A stretch of DNA of 64,000 nucleotides from Malacoraja senta (GCA_038087875.1 CM075993.1:1800001-1864000), one strand, 5' to 3'; shown: positions 11,916-25,905, numbered from the stretch's first letter. Made by a program: numbers and translations. Notes: generated by a model not told the origin, from the letters alone.

Positions 11916-13418
11916 TTCACAACGCTATCATTTGATGTAATCACTGTTGACTGAAGCGTGACACACCTTTCTGATGATACTGTCACTGCTAAACCCAAGT
12001 AATAAATCTCTGACCTACCTGGTTATGATTGTATGTCTAATTTAGATGGTCTTTTAGGTTGCCTAGTAACGGGCGTTAGTAACCCTGGTTGTGTTATTGA
12101 GGGAGAAGGAACGCTGACAAAGAAAGGGTCGACAGGGCTTATTATATTTGCTGGAATTTAGAAGGATGAGAGGATATCTTATAGAAACGTATAAGATTCT
12201 TAAAGGATTGGGCAGGCTAGATGCAGGAAAAATGTTTCCCATTTTGGTGGAGTCCAGAACCAGGGGTCACACAGTTTAAGAATAAGGGGCAGGCCATATA
12301 GGACTGAGATGAGGAAAAACGTTTTCACCCAGAGAGTTGTGAATCTGTGGAATTCTCTGCCACAGAAGGCAGTGGAGGCCAATTCACTGGAGAGAGTTAG
12401 ATAGAGCTCTTAGGGGTAATGGAATCAAGGGATATGGGGAGAAAGCAGGAACGGGGTACTGATTTTGGATGATTAGCCATGATCATATTGAATGGCGGTG
12501 CTGGCTCGAAGGGCCGAATGGCCTACTCCTGCACCTATTTTCTACGTTTCTATGTTTCTTTTTCCTCATCTCAGTCCTAAATGGCCTACCCCTTATTCTT
12601 AAACTGTGTGACCCCTGGTTCTGGACTCCCCCAACACCGGGAACATTTTTCCTGCATCTAGCCTGTCCAATCCCTTAAGAATGTTATATGTTTCTGTAAG
12701 ATCCCCCATCATCCTTCCAGATTCCCAGTCGACCCATTCTTTCATTATACGTCATAGGATGTGATAGGTGATGGGAGCAGAATTGGGCCATTCGGCCCAT
12801 CAGGTCCACTCCGCCATTCAATCATGGCTGATCTATCTCTCTCTCCCTCCTAACCCCATTCTCCTGCCTTCTCCCCGTGACCTCTAACACCCGTACTAAT
12901 CAAATTCAATGCGAAGCTTTGTAACAGTGTGATCAGTAAGGAAGCCAGCAAAAGCAAGATTCATTCTTTGCAGATAAGACATGGCTGGGGTTTGTAATTA
13001 CTTTGACTTCTCAGTTAAATTAGCACTGTGTTATTACACTCGGGACCTGTCTCCTCCCTGACTCATCTCACATTCCCAGCAGCAACCTTCACTAACTGCT
13101 GAAGAGACTGATGCTAATCACACAGCCCTCCCCCTGGAATTGTCTCTGTGCTCTGTGGGAAGGAGCTGCAGATGCTGCTTTCCACCGAAGGTAGACACAG
13201 AAAATGCTGGAGCAACTCAGCGGGGCAGGCAGCGTCTCTGGAGAGGAGGAATATGGGTGACGTTTCGGGTCGAGGCCCTTCTTCAGACTTCAGACCAGGT
13301 CTCGACCCGAAACGTCACCCATTCCTTCTCTCCAGCGACGCTGCCTGTCCCGCTGAGTTACTCCAGCATTTTGCGTCTCTATCTTCGGTGTAAACCAGCA
13401 TCTGCAGTTCCTTCCTAC

Positions 13419-13800
13419 ACAATAAAATGAGGCCGTTCGGTCTTCTGCAGGAACTATCTCTGGACTGTTCCGTTGCCAGACTGCATAACTCCACATAGAC
13501 TGGGGGTTTGAAACACAATTCTGTGCATGGGCTCCCATGCAGAATGTTGGGGAGATACTTATCCTTGGCGCGGACACGGCAGAATGTTGGGGAGATACTT
13601 ATCCTTGGCGCGGACACGGCGGGCCTGTTTCTGTGCTAGATCTCTAAACTCAGTTGCATCCATTAATGACACATTCTGTGAGGAATGCACGATGAATTTT
13701 TTTTTAAGCGGTCGTAGAGTCTATGTGGAGTTAGAGAGCCAGGAAATGGAACAGTCTAGGGATAGTTTCTTCAGAAGACCGAATGGCCTCATTTTATTGT
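13419..13800 (+). repeat. Inverted repeat with 83-bp arms (13419-13501 and 13718-13800)
   Basis: Arms align as reverse complements with 12 substitutions and no indels. Confidence 0.92.
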
Positions 13801-14439
13801 CCAGGAAGGAACTGCAGATGCTGCTTTACACCGAAGATAGACACAAAATGCTGGAGTAACTCAGCGGGGCAGGCAGCATCTCTGGAGAGAAGGAATGGGT
13901 GACGTTTCGGGATGCTGCCTGTCCCGCTGAGTTACTCCAGCTTTTTATGTGTCTATCTTCGGGCAAATGTTATCGCTGCACCACCTCTACACTTCAACAT
14001 GAGGAGAGGAGTTATCATTCTGTTTTTGCTTGGCGCTGAAAGTATTGAATGGGAGTGAAGCAGTGATGATAGTGGCCAAGCGATCAGTCAGCCTGCGCTG
14101 TGCAATTACTCAATGTCACGGTGACTCCAGCGAACACACGGGAGGCAGGTCAGCTCCACATCTTCAATGCGCTTTCTGGACGTCCACAGATACCGCACCT
14201 CACACTGACACCCACGTCCTCACAAATCAATTAGAACATTGATTGTGTGAAACAAAGTCCTTCCAAACATCAAGTCCTTTATCACTTTGTTAACCCCGCT
14301 CGGCGATCGAGTTACAGTCACTGTCATCGAACTTGGCCGCCAAACTCTGCACACAAAAGTTCCCACAAAGGACAAATAAAATACCAAAGCCTCGTTTAAA
14401 AGACATTTGTGTCAGTGCATAGATCGGGAAGGTTTAGAG

Positions 14440-14900
14440 CCGGTACTTGCCGTGGGTAATTACTCGGGGTAGGCACTGCGTAGTCAGTCGACCTTTAAAA
14501 ATAGTTTAAAAACCGCACATGCGCAGATCGGTCCTGTAGGCAGTCAGTGGACTTTTAAAACATCTTAAAAAACGTGCATACGCAGGTTGGTCTCCGCTCC
14601 TGCGGGCGTGCGCTGCACCTTGCGCGCAGTCCACGTGCAAAGGCAGGGTTTCAGCTGCCTTTATTGCCCGTTGCAAGTGAAGGCTTGAAACAGCGCCCAC
14701 GGCACGTAAGTTCAACATCGTTATGCGTACTGCGGATGAAAGGCACGGGAGAATTATGCCTACCTAAATTTTATTTTAAATAATAACCATTTAATAATAA
14801 ATGCTGAATTTAGTAAATGAATTGGAAATCTTTACTATTTATAGTTAATAATCACCTTTTTATAATTTTAGTCACTGCCTACCTTGCCTTCACGTGCCTG
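14440..14900. mobile_element. hAT-like non-autonomous DNA transposon
   Basis: Perfect 8-bp TSD GTTTAGAG at 14432-14439 and 14901-14908; imperfect TIR ccggtacttg versus caggcacgtg (reverse complement of the right end); subterminal ggtaggca(c/g)tg at both ends; interrupts a CR1 3' tail. Confidence 0.7.
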
Positions 14901-16280
14901 GTTTAGAGGTGCAGGGACCAAATTGCACGCTAGGTGGACTATCTTAGATGGGGCATCTTGGTCGGCATGGATATGTTGGGCCAAATGGCCTGTTTCCGTG
15001 CTTTACGACTCTCATCCCCCAAGTTCTTGCTCAACCCTGCAAGTTGTTCAATCCAGTGCTTGTCAATGGTTTCAAAGATAATTAGAGTGATACAGCGCGT
15101 AAACAGGCCCTTCGGCCCAACTTGCCCACACCGCCCAACATGTCCCAACTACTCTAGTCCCACCTGCCCGCGTTTGGTGACAAACAGTAATGGCCCAGCA
15201 CCGAACCCTGAGGCACACCTCTAGTGATCATCATTGTTGAATTATTCCCACACCTGGTCCCATCAAACTCGCCGAATGTTTCATCACGTGCCCGCGTTTG
15301 GGAAAACCAGCCCATGCTCCATCTCCCTGCTTGAGAGCAGAGACTGAAGCATCACGCCTGGCACGGTGTCGCAGCGGTAGAGTTGCTGCCTCACAGTGCC
15401 AGAGACCTGGGTTCGATCCTGACTATGGGCCATCGCGTCAATCATGGCTGAAGTATCTTTCCATTCTCCTGCCTTCTCCCCGTAACCTTTGACACCCGTG
15501 CTAATCAAGAACCTTCGTTTAGTTTCGTGGTACAGCGTCGAAACAGGCCCTACGGCCCACCGAGTCTGCACCGACCAGCGCTCCCCACACATAAACACAA
15601 CTACACACACACACACACACACACACACTGCGGGCAATTTTCCAATTACACCAAGCCAATTGACCTACAGACCTGCACGTCTTTGGAGTGTGGGAGGAAA
15701 CCGAAGATCTCGGAGAAATCCCACGCAGGTCACGAGGAGAACGTACAAACTCCGCAGATCAAACCCAGGTCTCTGGCGCTGTGAGGCAGCAACTCTACCG
15801 CTGCGTCATCGTGCCGCCCCAACCTGTCATTCTCTGCTTTAAAAATACCCGATGAAACCCACTAAAACCAAATGCAAGATTTTCTCTTTAACTACACAGC
15901 AGCCACATTCAATAAAGTGCCCTGCAAATGAATTCCTGCAGTGTATATTTTTGGAAGCTATTAAATAAATGAAGCTTAGTAGAAATGCTAATATTAGGCT
16001 GGTCAAGTGATCCTGGAACGCGGTTTACAAAATGGGATTCATAATCTCAGCCAGCTACCCAATCTCCTCAATTGGTTTGAAGGAACAGGGATTATTCCAT
16101 CAGTACTTGATGAATTCCTTGGCATCATTATCCACTTTATATTATGGATCTTGTCACTGCTTTATGAGCATGCTGTCGTTTATAGAATACTTTTATTATA
16201 CAACTGGATTGAAGATTTACCCAGGCTGGAGATGAATGAGTAGGACCCAGCGTGCAGTCTCTGCCACGTGTTCTATGTCA

Positions 16281-18037
16281 AGATTGTCAAGGGTTTGGAC
16301 ACACTAGAGGCAGGAAACTTGTTCCCGACGTTGGGGGAGTCCAGAACCAGGGCCACAGTTTAAGAATAAGGAGTAAGCCATTTAGAAGGGAGACGAGGAA
16401 ACACTTTGTCTCACAGAGAGTGGTGAGTCTGTGGAATTCTCTGCCTCAGAGGGCGGTGGAGGCCGGTTCTCTGGATACTTTCAAGAGAGAGCTAGATAGG
16501 GCTCTTAAAGATAGCGGAGTCAGGGGATATGGGGAGAAGGCAGGAACGGGGTACTGATTGGGGATGATCAGCCATTTGCATATTGAATGACGGTGCTGGC
16601 TCGAAGGGCCGAATGGCCTACTCCTTCACCTATTGTCTATTGTCTATGTGATCATCAAAGGAACCATCGTCAGCTGAAGCACAGTTGATAGATTGAGGGG
16701 TCTGAAGAAGGGTCTTGACCCATTCCTTCTCTCTGGAGATGCTGCCTGTCCCGTTGAGTTACTCCAGCATTTTGCGTTTATAGTCATATAGTGATACAGC
16801 ATTCCAACAGGCCCTTCGGCCCAACTTGCCCACACCGGCCAACATGTCCCAACTACACTAGTCCCACCTGCCTGCGTTTGGTCCATATCCCTCCAAACTT
16901 GTCCTATCCATGTACCCGTCTAACTGTTTCCTAAACTTTGGGATAGTCCCAGCCTCAACTACCTCCTCTGGCAGCTTGTTCTATACACCCACCACCACCC
17001 TTTGTGTGAAAACGTTACCCCTCAGATTCCTATTAAATCTTTCCCCCCCCCACCTTGAACTTCTGGTCCTCGATTCCCCTACTCTGGGCAAGAGACTCTG
17101 TGCATCTACCCAATCTATTCCTGTCATGATTTTGTACACCTTTATAAGATCACCCCTCATCCTCCTGCGCTCCATGGAATGGAGACCCAGCCTACTCAAC
17201 CTCTCCCTATAGCTCACACCCTCTAGTCTTGGCAACATCCTCGTAAATCTTCTCTGAACCCTTTCAAGCTTTTCAATATCTTTCCTATAACACGGTGCCC
17301 AGAACTAAACACAATACTCTAAATGCCGTCTCACCCAGGTCTATCTTCATTAGATTGAGGGGATGTCCTTTGTTTTGTCTTGGCTTTGATATGCACCACT
17401 TTGAACATTGATAGAAACATAGAAACATAGAAAATAGGTGCAGGAGTAGGCCATTCGGCCCTTCGAGCCTGCACCGCCATTCAATATGATCATGGCTGAT
17501 CATCCAACTCAGTATCCTGTACCTGCCTTCTCTCCATACCCCCTGATCCCTTTAGCCACAAGGGCCACATCTAACTCCCTCTTAAATATAGCCAATGAAC
17601 TGGCCTCAACTACCCTCTGTGGCCGAGAATTCCACAGATTCACCACTCTAAGTGTGAAAATTTTTTTTCTCATCTCGGTCCTAAAAGACTTCCCCCTTAT
17701 CCTTAAACTGTGACCCCTTGTTCTGGACTTCCCCAACATCGGGAACAATCTTCCTGCATCTAGCCTGTCCAACAGGATACTGAGTTGGATGATCAGCCAT
17801 GATCATATTGAATGGCGGTGCAGGCTCGAAGGGCCGAATGGCCTACTCCTGTACCTGTTTTCTATGTTTCTAACCCCTTCAGAAGTTTGGAAGTTTCTAT
17901 AAGATCCCCCCTCAATCTTCTAAATTCTAGCAAGTACAAGCCGAGTCTATCCAGTCTTTCTTCATATGAAAGTCCTGCCATCCCAGGAATCAGTCTGGTG
18001 AACCTTCTCTGTACTCCCTCTATGGCAAGAATGTCTT
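16281..18037. mobile_element. Cluster of CR1 LINE 3' fragments in both orientations
   Basis: Several TRGH..R....F...R..FF..RVV..WN.LP segments and CR1 tails. Confidence 0.85.
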
Positions 18038-20884
18038 TTACACTTCAGAAGTTCATAAGGTCATAAGTGAAAGGAGCAGAATTAGGCCATTCGGCCCATC
18101 GAGTCGTCTCCCTATAACCCCTGTCTCCCTTCAGTAAGGTTTAGAGGGATATGGGCCAAATGCAGGCAGGTGGGACTAGTATAGATGGGGCATCTTGGTC
18201 GGCATGGGCAAGTTGGGCCAAAGGGCCTGTTTCCATGTTGTATGCCTCTAAATTAAATTTAATATTTTTAATTGCAGCAAAGAGTCCAATTACTCTACAA
18301 TTCACTAAACTAAATGAGCAGATGATACAGGAGCAAAAATAATATCTTCATAAAAATGTAGAGAGCAGAGGATGTTTGCATGAGGCCAAGATCATTGTTT
18401 TTATTTACAGCAGTATGCAGGGCGGGCTGGATTGATGGGGGAATTTGCCCAATTATCTCCATTTTGATGGGTTCTAGTAATGACAACAATTGTTGCCAGG
18501 AACTCCCACATTTCACCGATGAAGAAGAGCAAGGCGTGAAGGGTTTAAGAAACATGCCAATTGTTTTGTTTGCAATGAGCTTCACACAGCAGCCCTAATG
18601 GAAGTCATTGCTACAGTTGACAGTGTTGGTTCTGCTGCATATCATCCGTTAATTCTCTCTGCTCCTGCACAACAGCTCATTGGAATAATTTCCATTGGTG
18701 CCTTTCTGGATGACACTGAATCTAATGCTCAAGGTCCCCACTTGCTGGAAACATGGGGATGGCATATGTCGCTGCTCTCTTACTGTCCCAGTTGGCTGAC
18801 CTTATTCAATACTGCAAAACTAAGGGGACTTTGTTATTCTTGTTCTGCAAAGCGCAGTGTGTATGAAGGGAATCATTTATCAAGGGAATTATTTTGTTTA
18901 GTTTAATAAAAGTAAGTTTATTGGCCAAGTATTCACATACAAGGAATTTGCCTTGGTGCTCTGCCCACAAGTAACAACATGACATACAGTGACAGTTACG
19001 AATGACTAGATATACAGAATAGAATATACAGACTAGATATACAGATAGAAAGTCTAGATATACAGCGCGGAAACAGGCCCTTCAGCCCACCTGGTCCGTG
19101 TCGACCAGCGATCCCCGCACGTCAACACTGCCCTACACGCACTGGGGACAATTTTTTGTCAAACAGGTGCTGTCTGAGTGGAGTTTGCACGTTCTCCCTG
19201 TGACTGTGTGGGTTTCCTCTGGGTACCCCGGTTTCCTTTCAAATCCCCAAAGACGTAAGTTCATTGACCTCTCTAAATTGCCTCTTGTGTGCAGGGAATG
19301 GATGAGAAATTGGGATAACATAGAATGGGGGATCGATGGGCCCTGTGGACCAAAGAGCCTGTTTCGATGGTGTAGCTCTAAACTACACTAAATTTAGTTT
19401 TGAATATAACGCAGTTTCTTTCGCGAGTTAGACCATTCAGTGTAGTTTAAAACATTGTTTGCATGTCTGCTTGGATTGGTAAAATTGCCCGAATTCTCTC
19501 CTAGAATATCAATCCGTTTATGAAGGGAATTATTTAGTTTAGTTTAGTAAGTAAGTTTATTGGCCAAGTATTCACATACAAGGAATTTGCCTTGGTGCTC
19601 CACCCACAAGTAACAATTTGGGTCACAATATCCAATCCCCATAATATCAATGACCTGTTCTAATGCTGAAACTAATATTCTGTGATTGCGGCATAATATT
19701 GGGTTATTAATGATTTATTCATCCTCTTTTATGGTTTGTCAATGGGTTGTGAAGTATTAAAAACTAAATGACAGCAGCTGAAAAATTCCAATAAAACTCC
19801 CCAGAGCATTAAAAACTTTTTCATAAACAAGAAAACAGGTAAAACATTAATGTTTCCCAAAAATGGGGTAAAAATATTAACTCAAGCCACTTAGACTCCT
19901 TGCATTTCATATGAATAAATTCTTACTCATTCTTAACATTTTTAATTACTTGTGTCTGTTCTCCAGTGGAAAAATTCTGCATGATCAGATTACTTGAACT
20001 CATTGCAGCAGAACTCTGATACAAACAAACTGAGATGCATCTCTAGTCTGTTCAAGACTCTCATAACAGTGGAGGCCAAGTCAATGGGTATTTTTTGGGA
20101 CATACCTGGAGATGAGGAGGAATTTCTTCAGCCAAAGGGTGGTGAATCTGTGGGTTTCATTGCCGCAGACAGCTGTGGAGGCCAAGTCATTGGGTATTTT
20201 TAAGGTGGAGATTGAATGATATTTGATTAGTACGGGTGTCAGGGGTTATGGGGAGAAGGCAGGAGAATGGGGTTGAGAGGGAAAGATAGATGAATGGCAG
20301 AATGGACTCGATTTTAGACTTGAGTCTGTGGACATACAGAGTGGTAACAGGCCCTTCGGCCCACTGAGTCCGCACTGACCTGTACCTATACGCACTGAGA
20401 TCTACCTGTACGCCAGCACTATGCTACGCACTAGGGACTATTTACAGTTTTACATTAGCTGATTAACCTGCACGTCATTGGAGAGAGGGGGGGAAACCGG
20501 AGCACCCGGAGAAAACCCACGCTGTCACAGGGAGAACGTGCAAACTCCGTACAGACAGCACCCGTGGTCAGGATCGAACCCGGGTCTCTGGCGCCGTGAG
20601 GCAGCAGCTCTACCGCTGCGCCACCGTGCCGACCACTGGTATCCGTAAACTCCAGAAATAGGTGAAAGAGTATATCAGCGATTTGATAATAGCAGAGTTT
20701 ACACATGGGACTGCCTCACCTCTACAAGGTCATCACAGAATGCGGCCTTGACAATGCAACCTATTTCTCACAATAACCAGAATGGCAGATTATAAGTAGC
20801 CGCTTCTGTGGAGGACAGTTATTTACTGCGTGACCGTGCCATTAAACGTTGATTTACAAGCCTTCAAATTTTGCCGTAACCATG

Positions 20885-21084
20885 NNNNNNNNNNNNNNNN
20901 NNNNNNNNNNNNNNNNNNNNNNNNNNNNNNNNNNNNNNNNNNNNNNNNNNNNNNNNNNNNNNNNNNNNNNNNNNNNNNNNNNNNNNNNNNNNNNNNNNNN
21001 NNNNNNNNNNNNNNNNNNNNNNNNNNNNNNNNNNNNNNNNNNNNNNNNNNNNNNNNNNNNNNNNNNNNNNNNNNNNNNNNNNNN
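20885..21084. other. Assembly gap (200 N)
   Basis: Run of exactly 200 N; the true size is unknown. Confidence 1.
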
Positions 21085-21622
21085 AGGTCTATATTCAATG
21101 TGCATTTTGATACTGGACTCATATTTAGGTTATACCTGTTATTAATGTAATCCTGATCCCTATGTATCAATATCGCTGTTATGTTTTTCATTATTCTTTT
21201 TGTTTTGTTTTTTTGTTTTGTTTTTGTTTTTTGGAAAAAAACTAATAAAAAGATTTAAAAAGAAAGAAAGAAAGAAAGAAATCCTTTGCTTGCCTACCCA
21301 AGGTATGCGAATAGTCGCCACATAAAGGACAAAGTCACAAAGTGTACACATTATCCACGCCAGCTCCCCCTTTGTTCACACATCTAACTTCGGGCCACCA
21401 GTAAATGACACAAGTGGTTGCTCATAGATGTAGCGCTAATCAGTCACACACAGTAGCAACTGAATGCATTTATAAAATTACTTCACAAAATTACAACAAA
21501 AATTGACGCCACTTAATAACACACCGTTGAGGGACAACAACTCTCAACGTCATCAGATTTTCACCACGTTTGAAGCTCACCTTAAGCAATAGTATCGGCT
21601 TATTAGTTATCACTAAATATCT

Positions 21623-21940
21623 GGCACGGTGGCGCAGCAGTGGACTTGCTGCCTCACTGCGCCAGAGACCCGGGTTTGAGCTGGCAACTGTCTGTACGGA
21701 GTTTGTACTTTCTCCCTCTGACCGTGTGGGTTTTCTCTGGGTGCTCCGGTTTCCTCCCACACTCCAGAGACGTGCAGGTTTGTAGGTTAATTCAGTAAAA
21801 ATTGTAAATTGTCCCTAGTGTGTAGAATAGTGCCCGTGTACGGGGTGACCGCTGATTGGCGTTAACTTGGTGGGCAGAAGGACCTGTTTCCGCGCTGTAT
21901 CTTTAAACTAAACAAACTGAACTAAACTAAACAAAACTAA
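21623..21940 (+). mobile_element. HE1-type SINE
   Basis: Same head, core and tail, ending in (actaa)n. Confidence 0.8.
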
Positions 21941-23597
21941 ATATCAGATTGACATCGCATGGCATGGATCTTAGAATTGATAGATCGACACAAAAAGCTG
22001 GAGTAACTCAGCGGGACAGGCAGCATCTCTGGAGAGAATGTATGGGTGCCGTTTCGGGTCAAGACCCCTTCTTCAAACCTGTACGTCTTTGGAGTGTGGG
22101 AGGAAACCGGAGCACCCAGAGAAAACCCACACAGGTCACGGGGAGAACGTACAAACTCGGTACAGACAGCAACCGTAGACAGGATCGAACCCAGGTCTCT
22201 GGCGCTGTGAGGCAGCAACTCTACCCGCTGCACCACCGTGGAGTGATTTGCATTGAATAATAATTACAGACAGAAAGAGAAAGACCTGGAACTGACATCC
22301 GCATGTGTACAGACACATTCTATTTTTAAATGATTTTAAAGATACAAATCTGCACAAGAAAAAGTCTGACTTATAATTATTTGCATTATTTCATTTAATG
22401 TTTTAAATTTATTTCACTTCAAAAATTGGGTTGATGGTGTAAATATGTGTATGCCCTACATGCATGCATAATGCTTATATATGTACATGTCTTGTACACA
22501 CTTAGAAAGCAAAGAGTCCTTTGATGGAAATCCCACAGACCTGACTGCTCAGGAACTAGAGCTTCTCACGAATTAACAAATTATTAATTATCAGAGAGCT
22601 CACATCAAAGCACTTGCCTATTAGAGGTTGACGTGTAGTTGATGTGCTCCATGAATCCACAGAATAAATTTGCAAACATTGAAGTACTCGCAATAGTTTT
22701 AGTGTCAGAGATACAGCGCGGAAACAGTCTCTTCGGCCAACCGAGTCCGCGCCGACCAGCGATCCCCGCACACTAACACACCCACCCTGCACGCACTAGG
22801 GACAAGTTTTACATTTGTACAATTTATACCAAGCCACTTAACCTACAAACCTGCACGTCTTTGGAGTGTGGGAGGAAACCTGGAGCACCCGGAGAAAACC
22901 CACGCAGGTCACGGGGAGAAGGTACAAACTCCGTACAGACAGCATCCGTGCCACCCAATAATGGAGTGATTTGCATTGAATAGTAATTGAAGGCGGAAAG
23001 AGAAAGACTTGTATCTAACTCGTGCAGGAAGGAACTGCAGATGCTGGTTTGCACAGTAGACAGACACAAAATGCTGGAGTAACTCAGCGGGACAGACAGC
23101 ATCTCTGGAGAAAAGGAACGGGTGATGTTTTGGGTCGAGACCCTTCTTCTAACTGACTGTAAAATGCTTTGAATTTCTTCAGTCAGAGTGTGGTGAATCT
23201 GTGGAATTCTTTGCCGCAGAAGGCTGTGGAGGTCAAGTCAGTGGATATTTTTAAGGCAGAGATAGATAGATTCTTGATTAGTACGGGTGTCAGGGGTTAT
23301 GGGGAGTAGGCAGTAGAATGGGGTTAGGAGGTAGAGATAGATTAGCCATGATCGAATGGCGGAGTAGAATTGATGGGCCGAATGGTCTAATTCTGCTCCT
23401 ATAACTTCCGACCTTATGAACTTATTATGAAAAGGTTCAGAATAAATCGAAGCCAGCACCGATGGAGGGGTGGAGCCCACAATGGTCCATTTGTTGGCAG
23501 TGGGTGATAATGAAGGGTACCAACAGTGAAACTAGCAGGATGTCTAGTGTGGGGAGGGACGGAGAGAGAGGGAATGCAATATAAATGTATAAAAATT

Positions 23598-23901
23598 GGG
23601 GCGGCACGGTGGTGCAGCGGTAGAATTACTGCCTCACAGCGCCAGAGACCCAGGTCCGATCCCGACTACTGGTGCTGTCCGTACGGAGTTTGCACGTTCT
23701 CCCCCGTGACCTGCGTGGGTTTTCTCCGAGATCTTCGGTTTCCTCCCACACTCCAAAGACGTGCAGGTTTGTAGGTTAATTGGCTTGGTGTAAATGTAAA
23801 AATTGTCCCTGGTGTGTGTAGGATCGTGCTAGTGTGATCGCTGGTCGGCGTGGGCCGAAGGGCCTGTTTCCCACTGTATCTCTAAACTAAACCGAACTAA
23901 G
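23598..23901 (+). mobile_element. HE1-type tRNA-derived V-SINE, near full length
   Basis: tRNA-like head with A and B boxes, V-domain core (ggagtttgcacgttctccccgtgacctgcgtgggttttctcc...ggtttcctcccacactccaaagac), CR1-like tail and (CTAAA)n end. Confidence 0.85.
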
Positions 23902-24207
23902 TAGCATCCTTTAGGGCTTCAACTATCCCAATGTGTTTCACAGCTGAGCTTTGAAGTACAGTCTGTGGTGTGATGTAGGAAACATTGCAACTGATTCCTG
24001 ACATAAAACTGCCACGATCGGTGGCATGTTGATATAATCTGTGTCTGAATGTTCAGGAGGAGGAACACAGGGATCCCTTCCTCCCTCCGGCCTGGCTTTT
24101 CACTCCTCCTTTTATCTAATCTGACCACCTTTTGTCTCATTTGTCACTTGCTCCACCCATCGGACAATCAACCCCCTCACAAACAAAGGCACAAAGTGCT
24201 GGAGTAA

Positions 24208-24415
24208 AGGGCCTGTCCCACTTGGACGTCATTTGAACGTCACGCAGATGGCGCGCGAAGATTTTGTACATCCCAAAATCCTGGGGCGCCGTGCGCGACC
24301 GCGCGTCACTGCCTACGTCACCACGCACCAAGCGCGCACCGCAACGCGCGCGTCGTGACTCGTAAATGATGTCGCGTAAATTACGCGCAAATGACGCCCA
24401 AGTGGGGCAGGCCCT
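24208..24415. mobile_element. Palindromic MITE (subfamily B, internally deleted)
   Basis: agggcctgtcccacttggacgtcatttg...caaatgacgcccaagtggggcaggccct, inserted at ggagtaa|ctc of a Penelope-derived unit. Confidence 0.85.
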
Positions 24416-25082
24416 TTACTCAACGGGTCAGCCAGCATCTCTGGAGAATGTGGACAGGTGACGTTCAGGTTCGGGACCATTCTGTCGACCCTGTCTGAGG
24501 TCTGAAGAAGGGGTCTCGACCCAAAACGTCAGCCTTTTTCCTTTTCGCCATTGATGCTGTCCGTCCCGCTGAGTTACTCCAGCTTTTTGTGTCTATCTTC
24601 GGTTTAAACCGGCATCTGCAGTTCTTTCCTACGCAGGCCCTTCAGCCCATTGTGTCTGAGCAGACCATCAGGCCCCCATTCATGCCTGAGCCGCTCTTTG
24701 CCCCTCTCACCTTAAAGCCTGTAATTTTTCCACCCAGGGAAAAAGGTTCTGACTGTCTACTCCATCTGTACCTCTCATTATAATTGTATTGTTAAAAACA
24801 AAAGCTTTTTACTGTACCTCGGTACACGTGACAATAAACTGAACTGGAACTGAAACTTCTTAGCGATCTTGTTCACAAGTTCTAGTAGAACTAGGCCATT
24901 CGGCCCATCGAGTCACTCCACCATTCAATCATTGCTGATCTCTTTTTGCTGCCTGCTCCCCATAACCCTTGACACCTGTTCTCATCAAGAATTTGTCTAT
25001 CTCTGCCTTAAAAATATCCACTGACTTGGCCTCCACAGCCCTCTGTGGCAATGAGTTCCAACAGATTAACTGCCCTCTGACT

Positions 25083-25905
25083 ACAATACAATACAATTTT
25101 ACAATACAATTTTATTTGTCTTTTGGACAAATTTGTCATTTGGACCCCGTTGAGGTCCAAACGAAATATCGTTTCTGCAGCCATACATTACAAAACGAAG
25201 AAGACCCGAGACACAACACAATTTACACATACATCCATCACAGAGCTGTGATGGAAGGCAAAAAAAAACGTATCTCTCCACTGCACTCCCCCCCCCCCCC
25301 CCCCCCGATGTCAGAGTCAAAGTCAAAGCCCCCGGCGGGCGAAGGTGATTATCCCGCGGCCATTAAAGCCACGCCGGTTAATGCAAGGTCGCGCACCGGG
25401 TCTTGGTGTTAGAGCCCCGGCGCGCGCTCGCAAAGTCCGGCGGCCATTCCAAGCCGCGCGGGGCGACGATGTAAAGCCCCGCTCCAGGTGCTCTTCAACC
25501 CCGCAACTCGGGCGGGAGAAGTCGCCGCTGCGGAAGCCCCGAAAAGCGGTCTCCCACCAGGGGACCCGCGGGCTTCCGGTGTTGCCGTCCGCCAGACCCC
25601 GCGGTTGTAGCCTCCGAATCTCCGGGGGGTCGGGGTCGCAGCAGCGATTGTCTCCACCACAGCTCCACCCGCTCCGGACTCGGCCAGCCCCGTGACGGTG
25701 AGTAGTCCACAGCTCCGCAACTGGAGCCCCAGGTCGTTCCTGCTGGAGGCCGCTCCACGTTGCCCAGCCCCAACGACAACGGAGACCCGACAAAGAAAAG
25801 GTCGGGTCTCCCGTGCAGGGGAAAGATTTTAAAGTTTCCCCCCCCCCCCACCCCCCCCCCCCCCCCACACACATACCCCGACAAAAAAATAAATAAAAAA
25901 ATAAA
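25083..25905 (-). mobile_element. CpG-rich non-coding retroposon (unclassified) inserted in a CR1 fragment
   Basis: On the - strand it ends in aataaa plus (tattg)n, has a GC-rich body, and splits a CR1 copy at ctctgact|aaaga. Confidence 0.6.

Noticed and set aside
16007..16243. ORF with hydrophobic stretch FLGIIIHFILWILSLLY
   Set aside because: No similarity to the CD276 TM exon and no clear splice signals.
18411..18533. Possible exon AVCRAGWIDGGICPIISILMG...TDEEEQG as the missing TM exon
   Set aside because: No hydrophobic run long enough for a membrane span, no CD276 motif and no convincing donor.
20823..21191. ORFs spanning X runs
   Set aside because: Artefact of the N gap.
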